Below, in pieces: positions 53,932-63,841 of a stretch of DNA of 64,000 bases. The DNA is from Gemmatimonadota bacterium. GTDB lineage: Bacteria > Latescibacterota > UBA2968 > UBA8231. The notes under the pieces are model-generated. The model saw nothing but the letters and a program-made list of their open reading frames with translations. It made no database searches and was not told the DNA's origin. Where the stretch lies: the NCBI GenBank assembly GCA_038128265.1, contig JAYPJE010000005.1:23489-87488 (forward strand), read 5' to 3'. How positions within the stretch are numbered: position 1 is the first letter of the stretch; each line of letters opens with the position of its first letter. The position numbers were made by a program, and so were the translations under genes.

Positions 53932-54480
53932 TTACGCAAACGAGCGATCGAACAATTCGGCGATAGCTCGCTCGCTATTTTCGTGCAGAATGCGCGTGCC
54001 GGTTCCAGTAAAGTGCACGTGCTCAATGACGGGCTCAACGCCATCCCGCCAATCGCCTGTGTCCCACGTAAACCAACGATCTTTTTCTTGATCAAAGACG
54101 AACAGCGGCTTGTTGCAAATTTTGGCAAACTCGGCCCCCCAACCCGTGCCTCCCTTGACCGTCCCGTCGTCGCGGATTACCCCAATAACATAGATCTCTT
54201 GGCCGCTGTTGATCTGATACCAAATGCTCTGCAAAATCTTGCGAAACGTCGGCGTTTCCGTGTAGGTGCGATTGAGCAGTTTGGAGATGTAACTCAGACT
54301 GACATCGCCCTTGGCCAGCTCTTCGTGGTTGAGCATGCGGACGCCGCGCTGACGGACGATACCGTGTCCCTCGAAAGTGAAGTTAACCTCTTCTATTCCC
54401 ACGCGTTCGGCATGGTAGCCAAAGGCTGCTTCAGCTCCCTTTGCTCCCCCGCTAAATAAAATGCACTCTTCACGTTGCAT
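53932..54480 (-). CDS. Conserved hypothetical protein, SLOG-superfamily-like
   Basis: LFSGGAKGAE and KGGTGW glycine loops, KPLFVFD, FTGTGTR; RBS GGAGGA. Confidence 0.65.
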   Translation of the reverse strand: MQREECILFSGGAKGAEAAFGYHAERVGIEEVNFTFEGHGIVRQRGVRMLNHEELAKGDVSLSYISKLLNRTYTETPTFRKILQSIWYQINSGQEIYVIGVIRDDGTVKGGTGWGAEFAKICNKPLFVFDQEKDRWFTWDTGDWRDGVEPVIEHVHFTGTGTRILHENSERAIAELFDRSFA

Positions 54481-54688
54481 ACGTTTCCTCCGCATTGGGG
54501 TGTTTTCCAAAAATACTATCTTCTCGCAAAAATGGGAAATAGGGCCGCGGACGAGTGCGTGCGGTAAAATGCGAGAATTCTATTGCGGTTTTATACGGCT
54601 ACCATACGTTTAGTTTGCCGCGCGATTATGCGGAGCAGAATACGACCTGTCCAGACGGGCAAATGGCATTTATAAAAGTGTTTGAACA

Positions 54689-56653
54689 GTGAAAGTTCTA
54701 GTCGCTGAAGACTCCACATCCATGCGCAAAGTCGTCGTGCAGATGCTACGCGCTCTCGGCTACGACGACGTGCTAGAAAGTGCCAATGGATCGGATGCCT
54801 GGAAAAAGATACAGCGCGAAAAAATCGATCTGCTATTGACCGATTTTAACATGCCGTTGATGTCCGGCTTAGAGCTGACTCGCAAGGTCCGCGAAACATA
54901 TCCAGCCCACCAACTTCCCATTTTGATGTTCACCACGCGGAACCAGCGCGAAGACATCGTAGCCGCCGTCAAATCGGGCGTCAATGGCTATATAGCCAAA
55001 CCATTCAACGCCGCCCAGTTGAGCCAACATCTCAGCAATGTGCTCGAGAAGTACGCGCGCACCGGCCTGCGCGCCCAGGCCAATTATATTGTCCAAGGAA
55101 TCCACGAGCCCACATATCAGAATGACTGTCCGCTGGTAATCATCGCCGAAAAATTTTCAAAGGGCGCGGCCCTTTCCAAGTTGGAGAACCGCGAATACAC
55201 GCAGCTGCTGTACCGCATTGTCCATCGCCTTGAAGCACTTTGCGAATACGAAGAAGCAGCGGATCTTAGCTACTATTTGGACAGCGAGTCCCAACACGTC
55301 GTGCGCTATATACGCTCGTATAGAGAGCGCACCAAGATGGTAATCGTCAGCAACGAGATTTCCGGCGGCGGCCTGACCCTAGCCCGTCTGGCACGCGTCA
55401 ACCAGAGCAACGAGTTTGTCGTAGTCCTAATCGTCAACCACAGCAGCGAACTGCCTATTCAAGCGCGAGCAAGCTTGGAGAAGCTCGGCGTTTTACTGCT
55501 TGAGCGGCCTCGCTTGGACGATGCGTTCTTAGAAAAGCTGTTTCGCGACGAACTGCATTCTCGCCTGCATATCGTTCCGCAAGACGGCCTGTCTCCAGAG
55601 AAAATACTGCAGCGCATTGAGACCGATATCAGCCTCATGACGTCGCTGCCCGTTCTGCCCGGCGTGTATCACCGCATCATGTCGCTTTCGCGCTATCGAA
55701 ACAGCGATATGGTAGATTGGATCGACGCCATCGAAACAGATCCACTGAGCAGCGCGATGCTTATTCGCAGAGCAAACTCACCGATTTACGGCTTTAGCTC
55801 AAAGGTGGAAGACGCTGCCAAGGCGGTTACGCTCTTGGGCAAGAGCACCGTCCGCGAGCTCATTATCGCCGATTCTCTACGGCGCTCTTTTAGCAGCGTG
55901 CACGACAGTGGATTTCACGTGGAAGACTATTGGGCCCACAGCTTGGCCACCGCCATGATTGCACGCATTCTGAGCTTTTCGCTAAATAGAGACGATTGGG
56001 ATGCCGACCAGCAAAAGGAATTTGTCGCTTTCGGACTGAGCGATACGACAGAAGACTATCTGCGGGCGCTGCGCCTCTATAGCAAATTTCACTCGGAAGA
56101 CAGCGACGCCCCCTTTACAGGGGGTATGATGCACGATATTGGCAAGGTCGCACTGGTCCACTGCTACCCCGGCCTATACGCCGCGTTTATCGAGACGCTC
56201 GAGGAGAGTAAGTGGACGATGACCATGCGCGCGGCCGAGGCGCAGGCATCCGGCGTCGATCACGTGCAGGTCGGGGGTATCCTAGCGCGTAATTGGGAGC
56301 TTTCCGACTCGCTGCAGCAAGTCATAGCCGACCATCACGCACCGACCGAAACGGATCACCTTACGCAGCTGATAAGCCTCTCTAGCTTTATCGCCAGTGC
56401 GTTCTACAGCTACCCAGCCAAAGCAAAAACGCCGCTAAAATACGCATTGGAACCGGTCGTCGAAGTGGGCAATGCGCAGATGCGTTTTGACACAGACGAT
56501 GCCAAGACAGTAGAGCAGCTAAATGCGATGCTGCCAGAGGGACTGCTGCAGACTATCGGAATCAGCCTCAGCCAGGTGCTTCAACTAGCCTTTGTGCTAG
56601 GACCCGATGTGCGTGCGCGCCTGGAAGAAGTGCGCAGAAGCATGAAAGATTAA
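54689..56653 (+). CDS. Response regulator with receiver domain and C-terminal HDOD domain
   Basis: REC (AED, TDFNMP, T, KPF); HDOD (LPVLP, DPLSSA..IRRANS, AVTLLG, WAHS, MHDIGK, DH...G...W, HH). Confidence 0.88.
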   Translation: MKVLVAEDSTSMRKVVVQMLRALGYDDVLESANGSDAWKKIQREKIDLLLTDFNMPLMSGLELTRKVRETYPAHQLPILMFTTRNQREDIVAAVKSGVNGYIAKPFNAAQLSQHLSNVLEKYARTGLRAQANYIVQGIHEPTYQNDCPLVIIAEKFSKGAALSKLENREYTQLLYRIVHRLEALCEYEEAADLSYYLDSESQHVVRYIRSYRERTKMVIVSNEISGGGLTLARLARVNQSNEFVVVLIVNHSSELPIQARASLEKLGVLLLERPRLDDAFLEKLFRDELHSRLHIVPQDGLSPEKILQRIETDISLMTSLPVLPGVYHRIMSLSRYRNSDMVDWIDAIETDPLSSAMLIRRANSPIYGFSSKVEDAAKAVTLLGKSTVRELIIADSLRRSFSSVHDSGFHVEDYWAHSLATAMIARILSFSLNRDDWDADQQKEFVAFGLSDTTEDYLRALRLYSKFHSEDSDAPFTGGMMHDIGKVALVHCYPGLYAAFIETLEESKWTMTMRAAEAQASGVDHVQVGGILARNWELSDSLQQVIADHHAPTETDHLTQLISLSSFIASAFYSYPAKAKTPLKYALEPVVEVGNAQMRFDTDDAKTVEQLNAMLPEGLLQTIGISLSQVLQLAFVLGPDVRARLEEVRRSMKD

Positions 56654-56716
56654 TCGCAGTGGCCCGCCTTGCCCGCCCGAGAGGCGCAGCAGAACAGCAT
56701 ATGTTTGGATGAGTTT

Positions 56717-57337
56717 CTACAGAGAAGTAGGCGCAGAAACGGGCACGGCAGCGATGGCCGCAGGACGGCGAATCCCATCGACAAAAATGCGCATAATCAC
56801 GCTGACCATATCGTCCACGCTGAGCCGACCGCCGGCGTTGATAACCGTCGAGCGCACCATATCGCGCAGGATGGCGGCTTCGACAAAGGGGTGCGGAACG
56901 GAGAAATACCCTTTCTCATGCCCATCGATTAGAACGGACTCGATCGCTTCCAACTGGATGCGCCGCTGCTCGCGCCAGCGCTCGCGATTGACGCTCTTTC
57001 CCGTGCCGCTCTTACTCTCTTCAATAGACATTAGCTTAAAAAAGAAGCCGTTGTGGGCGACAAAAGACACGATGGCGTGCACGATCTTGCGCAGTTTTTT
57101 CTCGGGGTCAATCTGTCCGCTCGCCTTGGCCAGCACCTGCTGATTTAGTCGGGAAATGCCCTCAAATACGACGGCGAAGTACAGCTCTTCTTTGTCGGCG
57201 AAATACGTGTAGAGCGTGCCCTTCGCCACGCCGGCACCTTGCGCAATATCGTCCATCAGCACTTCGTCAAAGCGCCGCGCAGAAAATAGCCGGGCAGCCT
57301 CTTCCAAAATCTGTTTTCTGCGTTCGATCTTACCCAT
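56717..57337 (-). CDS. TetR/AcrR family transcriptional regulator
   Basis: ILEEAARLF...MDDIAQGAGVAKGTLYTYFADKEELY HTH. Confidence 0.93.
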   Translation of the reverse strand: MGKIERRKQILEEAARLFSARRFDEVLMDDIAQGAGVAKGTLYTYFADKEELYFAVVFEGISRLNQQVLAKASGQIDPEKKLRKIVHAIVSFVAHNGFFFKLMSIEESKSGTGKSVNRERWREQRRIQLEAIESVLIDGHEKGYFSVPHPFVEAAILRDMVRSTVINAGGRLSVDDMVSVIMRIFVDGIRRPAAIAAVPVSAPTSL

Positions 57338-57397
57338 GTGCAAACTCGCTGGCTGGTTGGTGCCGCTAATATAGCGAATTAACGCAAAATTACACGC

Positions 57398-60300
57398 TTA
57401 ATTATTGACCATGGGCGCAGCGGCACCGCCCTGAGTTGCCTCGCGCACGACGCGTTTGCACCAGATGGCCACATCGTCTAGGAGCGAGTAGAGCGTCGGT
57501 GCGAGAATGAGCGTCAACAGCGTTGACGACGTCAAGCCACTGACGACGACCAGGCCAATCGGTCCCCAGCGCTGCGAGAATCCTTCCGCCGTTCCGTAAA
57601 TCATTGGCAGGACAAGTGGCATCAGATTGAGAATAGTGGTAAAAGCCGTCATCAATATCGGGCGCAGGCGGTGTTTGCCACCCGTTAGAATAGCCTCCCT
57701 GCGGCTCATGCCCTCGGCGCGTAGGTGATTGATATGGTCGATGAGCACAATGCCGTTGTTGACCACAATGCCAAATAAGATGAGCAATCCCAACGCACCG
57801 TTATTGTCAAATGGGGCATCAAAGGCATAGAGCCCCAGGGCCACGCCAATCAGTGAGAACGGAATGGACAGCATAATGGTGAACGGGTGGATCAGCGACT
57901 CGAAGAGCGAAGCCATAATCAGGTAAATCAACACGATGGCAAATATGGCGGTGAAATTCGTATCGCTCTGATCTTCCTGCATCCAACGCGCTGCACGCCC
58001 TAAATCCCAGGAGTAGCCGGGCGGCATTTCCATGCCCTCCATAAGCGCCGTTATCTCTGGTATCAGCGCCTGTGCCTGACGCCGGTCTTCCGTATTGGCG
58101 AAGACCGTCACCGTCAGTTCGCGGTTTTCGCGGCTGAGCTGGCGCGGCCCCCGGCGCACCTGAAAATCGGCCAGGGCAGCGAGCTGAATATCGCTGCCAT
58201 CGTTCCCTTCAAAACGGCTATTTTTGAGCTGCTCGAGCGTGGCGCGATCGCCCTCGTTGAGCTGCATGACGATGTCAATTTCCCGGTCGTCGCTCTTGAA
58301 CGAAGACGAGCGCCGCGTGCCCAATGCCGCCGAAATACCGGAGGCGACCTGGCGCGGCGACAGGCCGTAGTTCAGGGCCTGCGAGCGGTCTATTTCGACG
58401 TGAATTTCTTCCTCGCCGTCTTCTAAACTCGTATCCACATCCTGCACGCCGGGCAGCTTTTCCATGGCGAGTCTAACGTCTTCAATCAGCACCTCTAGCA
58501 CTTCTTCGCTGCGCCCTCGCAGCTGCACCTCTACACCGAGGTTGTTCCCCGCCCACGAACGCGAACGACCCATCTTGTACGCGAATCCCACTTTAGGCGG
58601 CAGCATGTCCATTATCTTCCGCCCGGCTTCCATCGTGGTGAGCTGACCGTCGTCTGCCGAAACCAGGTAGGCGGTAAGACCCGCTCGACGCTGGCTGAAA
58701 TTGGTCATCAGCGCGTCGATGTCCAGCTCCTGCTTCTTATCGAGCACCAATTCTTCAATGCGGTCAAAATGCGCGCGGATCTCGTCGAGACTATAGCTGC
58801 GATCGATTGTCATGCTAATGTCTACGCGGCGCTCTGGCTGCCACGGCTGTCCGCGGTGTTCGATCTGGTTGTAGAGATGATACCCCGTCCACGTCAGACC
58901 CACCGTTGCCACCATTGCCACCCAACGGTGGTCGAGCGTCCAGTTGAGCAAACTACCGTAGCCGCTGCGCAGGCCGTATCGCTTGGCAAACCAGCCCAAG
59001 AACGCCAGCAGCAGTACCGTGACACCTAGCCCCGTTGCCGTCGTCCATTCCATACCCATAAATGAGTCGTAGAGCATCACCGTCCAATGGTCCCACCACA
59101 GCGCCACTCCAGCCCAACCAGTGTCTGCTACGCGCCAGTAAACCAGCGCTCCAACCGCACACAGCACCAGCACTTTTAAGTAGCGATCGTAGCGCTCTAT
59201 GCCCTCTTTAAACAGCTTTGATGTGGCTAGTGGTATTAGCGATAGCGCAACGATCATCGACACGACAACCGCCAGACAAATGGCGACGCCGGCATCGCGC
59301 ATCCACACGGCCGAGCGACTGTCGGAGAGAAAGAAAAACGGTACGAATACGCAGATTGTCGTCAGCGAAGAGGCCAGAACCGCCATGCCGACTTCGCGGC
59401 TGCCGACGAGTGCGGCCTGATGCGACTCTAAACCATCCTCTTGCCGTCGGCGAAAGATGCTCTCCAACACGACGACCGCCGGATCGACGAGCATGCCCAC
59501 CGCCAACATCAAGCCCATCATCGATACCATGTTGAGCGTGATCGTAGAGTTGAATACCTCGCGCGCCGCATACATGCCGATAAATACGCACAGCGCTGCC
59601 GTAGGTATGGCGAGCGCAACGACCATGGTCGAGCGAATATTGCGCAGAAAAGCGTATATGATGATCATGGCCAACAGCGCTCCAAGCAGAGCAGAATCAA
59701 CCAATTTATTGGCCTCATCGAGCACGTCGGTAGCGCGGTTGCGCACGATTTCAACCTCGAGCGCTCCGTCGTATTCCGACTCAATTTTTTCCAGCTCCGC
59801 CGCTACGGCCAATCCGACATCGACGATATTGGCCGTCGATGATTTATAGACTTCGACCTGCGCTGCGTCGCGGCCGTTGAGGCGCTCGTAGCGCGTCTTT
59901 TCGGGGTAGCCATACACCACCTCGCCGATATCGCGCATGCGGAACTGCCCGCCGACCAGCGGCAGGTCGCCGATTTGCTCGGCGCGATCAAATTCGCCAA
60001 CGGCGCGCACCATAAAGCGCTGGTCGCCGTCGACGACGCGACCCAACGACATGCTCACGTTGTTCTCGCTCAGCTGCCAGCCAAGCTGGCCCAGCGAGAT
60101 CCGGTGCGTCTGCAGCTGCTCGCGGTCGAGCTCGATCGTCAGCTGCTTGTCCTCAAGATCGTCAATTTGGGCATCGGCCACGCCATTGAGGCGCATGAGG
60201 CGCGGCATAATAACCTTCTGGATAATCTGCAGCAGGCGATCGCTTTCACCCTGCCACGCCATATTGGCGTAAACGATGGGCCGCTGATCGCTCTGCCAGC

Positions 60301-60688
60301 GACGCAGCTGCACGCGGTCGACGTCGGGTGGCATAAAGGAACGGGCCTGATCGACGCGCTCGCGCATTTCCATATTGGCCAGGTCCATATCGGTTCCGGC
60401 CTTGAAATCAACGCGCACATCAGCGCTGCCGTTGCGCGACGAGGAGGAGATTCGATCGACGTTGTTCAGCGTGCCCAGCGCGGCTTCGAGCGGAACCGTA
60501 ATGAGGCGTTCGACCTCTTCCGGCGAGGCCGAGTTATAATTAACGCGAGCCGAGATACCCGACGATGAGATGCTGGGAAACTGCTCAATGGGAAGGCGTC
60601 CAAAGGACACGTAGCCCACCACGAGCACGCTGAGCGTAATCATCGCGGCCGTGACCGGCCGCTTGAGCGAAAATTCGGAAAGACTCAT
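57398..60688 (-). CDS. RND efflux transporter permease subunit (AcrB family)
   Basis: KRPVT, SPEEVE, GMLVD, MASLFES, GIVVNNGIVL, RLRPILMT. Confidence 0.92.
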   Translation of the reverse strand: MSLSEFSLKRPVTAAMITLSVLVVGYVSFGRLPIEQFPSISSSGISARVNYNSASPEEVERLITVPLEAALGTLNNVDRISSSSRNGSADVRVDFKAGTDMDLANMEMRERVDQARSFMPPDVDRVQLRRWQSDQRPIVYANMAWQGESDRLLQIIQKVIMPRLMRLNGVADAQIDDLEDKQLTIELDREQLQTHRISLGQLGWQLSENNVSMSLGRVVDGDQRFMVRAVGEFDRAEQIGDLPLVGGQFRMRDIGEVVYGYPEKTRYERLNGRDAAQVEVYKSSTANIVDVGLAVAAELEKIESEYDGALEVEIVRNRATDVLDEANKLVDSALLGALLAMIIIYAFLRNIRSTMVVALAIPTAALCVFIGMYAAREVFNSTITLNMVSMMGLMLAVGMLVDPAVVVLESIFRRRQEDGLESHQAALVGSREVGMAVLASSLTTICVFVPFFFLSDSRSAVWMRDAGVAICLAVVVSMIVALSLIPLATSKLFKEGIERYDRYLKVLVLCAVGALVYWRVADTGWAGVALWWDHWTVMLYDSFMGMEWTTATGLGVTVLLLAFLGWFAKRYGLRSGYGSLLNWTLDHRWVAMVATVGLTWTGYHLYNQIEHRGQPWQPERRVDISMTIDRSYSLDEIRAHFDRIEELVLDKKQELDIDALMTNFSQRRAGLTAYLVSADDGQLTTMEAGRKIMDMLPPKVGFAYKMGRSRSWAGNNLGVEVQLRGRSEEVLEVLIEDVRLAMEKLPGVQDVDTSLEDGEEEIHVEIDRSQALNYGLSPRQVASGISAALGTRRSSSFKSDDREIDIVMQLNEGDRATLEQLKNSRFEGNDGSDIQLAALADFQVRRGPRQLSRENRELTVTVFANTEDRRQAQALIPEITALMEGMEMPPGYSWDLGRAARWMQEDQSDTNFTAIFAIVLIYLIMASLFESLIHPFTIMLSIPFSLIGVALGLYAFDAPFDNNGALGLLILFGIVVNNGIVLIDHINHLRAEGMSRREAILTGGKHRLRPILMTAFTTILNLMPLVLPMIYGTAEGFSQRWGPIGLVVVSGLTSSTLLTLILAPTLYSLLDDVAIWCKRVVREATQGGAAAPMVNN

Positions 60689-60700
60689 GACAGAGACTCC

Positions 60701-63700
60701 TTACTCTCCCCTATCAAAGAGCGTGTATACAACGGGAATGATAACCAGCGTGAGCATCGTGGATAAGAGCAATCCACCGATTACGGTTATGGCCATCGGC
60801 GCGCGAATTTCAGCTCCTTCGCCCAGACCTAAGGCCATGGGCAGCAGCCCCAGAACGGTCGTAGACGTCGTCATCAGGATCGGCCTTAGGCGCAGTTCGC
60901 CGGCGCGCAAAACGGCATCCATCTTACTCAGCCCGCTCTCTCTGCGCAGCTGGTTCACATAGTCGATTAGCACGATGGCGTTGTTCACCACAATGCCCGC
61001 GAGCATAATCAAACCGATCAACACCACCACACTGACGGTCTGACCGGTCGTTAGCAGAGCTAGAACACTGCCGACGAGGCCGAGCGGAATGGTAAACATG
61101 ATGACAAAGGGGTGGAGCAGCGACTCAAACTGCGAGGCCATGACCAAGTAGACGAGAAAAATGGCCAGCGATATGGCAAACTTCATGCTGTCGAACGAGC
61201 GAACCATTTCCTCGTTTTGGCCGCCCATGGCCAGGTCAAACCCCTCCGGCATGGCCATTTGCGAGAGATCCGCTTCGATTTCTGCCACCACACTGCCCAA
61301 GTCGCGCCCGTCAATATTGGCCGAGACCACGGCGACGCGCTCCTGGTCAATCCGGCGAATTTCTGCCGGTCCGTCCACCGCGTGCACCGTTGCGACGTTT
61401 TCCAACACGACCGGAACCGGGTAATTGGCCGGACTCACGACCATGCGCTTGAGATCGTCGAGCGTCTCGCGCTCCTCGTCGAGCGCGCGCACGCGGATGT
61501 CGACTTTGCGGTCGCGGCGCGCCAGTTCGGTCGCCACTTCCCCCTGCAGCTTGTTGCGCAATAATTCGCCGATGCGCAGCACCGTCGTGCCCAATTCGGC
61601 CAGGCGCAGGCGATCAAAATAAATCTGGACTTCCGGCTGCCCCCCCTCGGCACTGGAGCGAATGTCTGTCAGCCCCTCAATGCCGTGTAAGCGCTCTGCG
61701 ACCTCGTCGGCCAGCAGCTTGAGCGTGCCCAAGTTGTAGCCCGAAATTTCCACTTCAATTGGCGTGCGAAACGAGAAGTACGAGGGCCGAGAAAATTTGT
61801 ACTCCAGGTCGGGCACGTCCGCCAGCACATCGCGCACCGTGCTAACGGCACTCTCTTCGTAGTCGACGCTGGACAGTTTAAGGTGCAGCTGCGCCGTGTG
61901 CTCTTTCTTGTCGCTGGCGGTGCCTCCCGTCTGCCCGCTCGTTCCAACCAGCGCAAAAACCATTTCGACACCTTCAACCTGGCGCACGCGCTGATCGAGC
62001 CGCTGCACCGACTGCGTCGTTTGCTCCAGCGGCGTGCCAGCCGCCCACTCCAAGTCGACGAGAAACTCGCCCTGACTCATTTCGGGAATGAGCTCGATGC
62101 CGAGATCTCTCGCATGAAATAGCACAAAGCCAGCCAAGATCAGCGAACTGGTGAGCACGATCAGACGATTGCCCAACGCCCAGCGCAGCAGGCGTGGATA
62201 GGCGAGGGCGATAATATTAAAAAGGCCGTCAAATACCTTGTAAACAGGCCAGAGCAGCGCGGAAAAAATCCGACCGATGCCGTTGCTCAGCTGTCCAATG
62301 CCACGCACCAACAGCGCCGGCCCCTTAATGCCACGACGCGGCCCTTCGGCGCTCCGCTTCGACACCATATCTTCGATGCTCAGCGACGAAAGCATGGGGA
62401 TTAGCATAAGAGCAACCACCAGCGACGCGACGAGCGAATAGGTAACCGTCAGCGCCTGATCCTTAAAGAGCTGACCGGCGACGCCTTCTACAAATACGAT
62501 AGGCAGAAATACGCAGATCGTAGTCATCGTCGAAGCAACGACGGCCGTGCCCACCTCGCCAGCGCCGCGCCGCGCCGCATCGCCAACGCTCAGACCCTGG
62601 TCGCGGTAGCGCTGAATGCTCTCCAGCACGACGATCGAGTTGTCGACGAGCATGCCCACGCCCAGCGCAAGCCCGCCCAGCGACATGATATTCAGAGAAA
62701 CGCCAGAGGTGAACATCAGGAAAAAGGTCGCTATGACCGAAATGGGAATGGCCAAGCTGATAATCGTAGTGCTCTTGAGATTGCGCAGGAACAGAAATAG
62801 AATGACTACGGCCAACACGCCGCCGATAACCGCCGTATTGAGCACTTCGTCGACCGCTTGGCTGATAAAAACGGCCTGGTCAAAGACGATCTGCATACCG
62901 CTGTCGGCAAAGAGACTGCTGTTTTCTTCTTTGAACAGGTTGAGGCGCTCGTGCAGCGACTCGCTGACCTGCACGGTATTGGCATCGCCCTCTTTGAAAA
63001 TGGCTACGACTACCCCTTCGCGACCGTCTATACGCGTGACCAGATCGCGCTCTTTGTAGCCGCGAAACACGCGCGCCACGTCGCTGAGCTTAATAGGCGC
63101 GCCGTTAATCTCGCCGACGATGATCTCGCCGATTTCATCAATACCCTGAAATTCATTGAGCGTGCGCACGAGAAATTCAGCTTCGCCATCTTTGAGCGTG
63201 CCGCCCGTCAGATTGACGTTCTCTGCGCCCAGCCGACTCGTCACCTGGCTAATGGGAATGCCTAAGTAATCGAGGCGCGAAACCTCCACTTCAACCTGTA
63301 TCTCTTCTTCCAGACCGCCTTCTATACTGACGGCCGCGACCCCCTCCAAGCTCTCCAACTGCGGACGCAGGCGCTCTTCAGCCATGCGCCGCATTTCCAT
63401 CAGGCCGACATTGCCGTAGAACGCCACGCGCATAATGGGGTCGAGGGACGGATCGAAGCGCAGCAAAATTGGCTGACTCGCCTCGCGCGGCAGGTTGCCC
63501 AGATCGAGCTTTTCGCGCAGGTCGAGCGAAGCGAAATCCATATTCGTGCCCCAGGCGAATTCGACGATTACATCGGAAACGCCGGGCCGAGAGATTGAAT
63601 TGACGCGCACGACGTTGCTCACCACACCGACCAGGCCCTCGACCGGCTCGGAAAGCAGGCGCTCGATTTCCAGCGGCGCTACGCCCGGGTACTCGGTGCG

Positions 63701-63841
63701 CACTGTGATGGTGGGATACGTGATGTCGGGAAGGAGATTAACCGCCAGCCGCGAAAAACCCACGCCGCCGAAGACGATAATGGCGACCATGAGCATGGCC
63801 ACCGTCACGCGGCGACGCGTGGAAAACTCGACTAGCTTCAT
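60701..63841 (-). CDS. RND efflux transporter permease subunit (AcrB family)
   Basis: LPDITYP, GMLVDNSIVVLE, MASQFES, GIVVNNAIVL, RLRPILMT, PMAITVIGGL. Confidence 0.95.
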   Translation of the reverse strand: MKLVEFSTRRRVTVAMLMVAIIVFGGVGFSRLAVNLLPDITYPTITVRTEYPGVAPLEIERLLSEPVEGLVGVVSNVVRVNSISRPGVSDVIVEFAWGTNMDFASLDLREKLDLGNLPREASQPILLRFDPSLDPIMRVAFYGNVGLMEMRRMAEERLRPQLESLEGVAAVSIEGGLEEEIQVEVEVSRLDYLGIPISQVTSRLGAENVNLTGGTLKDGEAEFLVRTLNEFQGIDEIGEIIVGEINGAPIKLSDVARVFRGYKERDLVTRIDGREGVVVAIFKEGDANTVQVSESLHERLNLFKEENSSLFADSGMQIVFDQAVFISQAVDEVLNTAVIGGVLAVVILFLFLRNLKSTTIISLAIPISVIATFFLMFTSGVSLNIMSLGGLALGVGMLVDNSIVVLESIQRYRDQGLSVGDAARRGAGEVGTAVVASTMTTICVFLPIVFVEGVAGQLFKDQALTVTYSLVASLVVALMLIPMLSSLSIEDMVSKRSAEGPRRGIKGPALLVRGIGQLSNGIGRIFSALLWPVYKVFDGLFNIIALAYPRLLRWALGNRLIVLTSSLILAGFVLFHARDLGIELIPEMSQGEFLVDLEWAAGTPLEQTTQSVQRLDQRVRQVEGVEMVFALVGTSGQTGGTASDKKEHTAQLHLKLSSVDYEESAVSTVRDVLADVPDLEYKFSRPSYFSFRTPIEVEISGYNLGTLKLLADEVAERLHGIEGLTDIRSSAEGGQPEVQIYFDRLRLAELGTTVLRIGELLRNKLQGEVATELARRDRKVDIRVRALDEERETLDDLKRMVVSPANYPVPVVLENVATVHAVDGPAEIRRIDQERVAVVSANIDGRDLGSVVAEIEADLSQMAMPEGFDLAMGGQNEEMVRSFDSMKFAISLAIFLVYLVMASQFESLLHPFVIMFTIPLGLVGSVLALLTTGQTVSVVVLIGLIMLAGIVVNNAIVLIDYVNQLRRESGLSKMDAVLRAGELRLRPILMTTSTTVLGLLPMALGLGEGAEIRAPMAITVIGGLLLSTMLTLVIIPVVYTLFDRGE

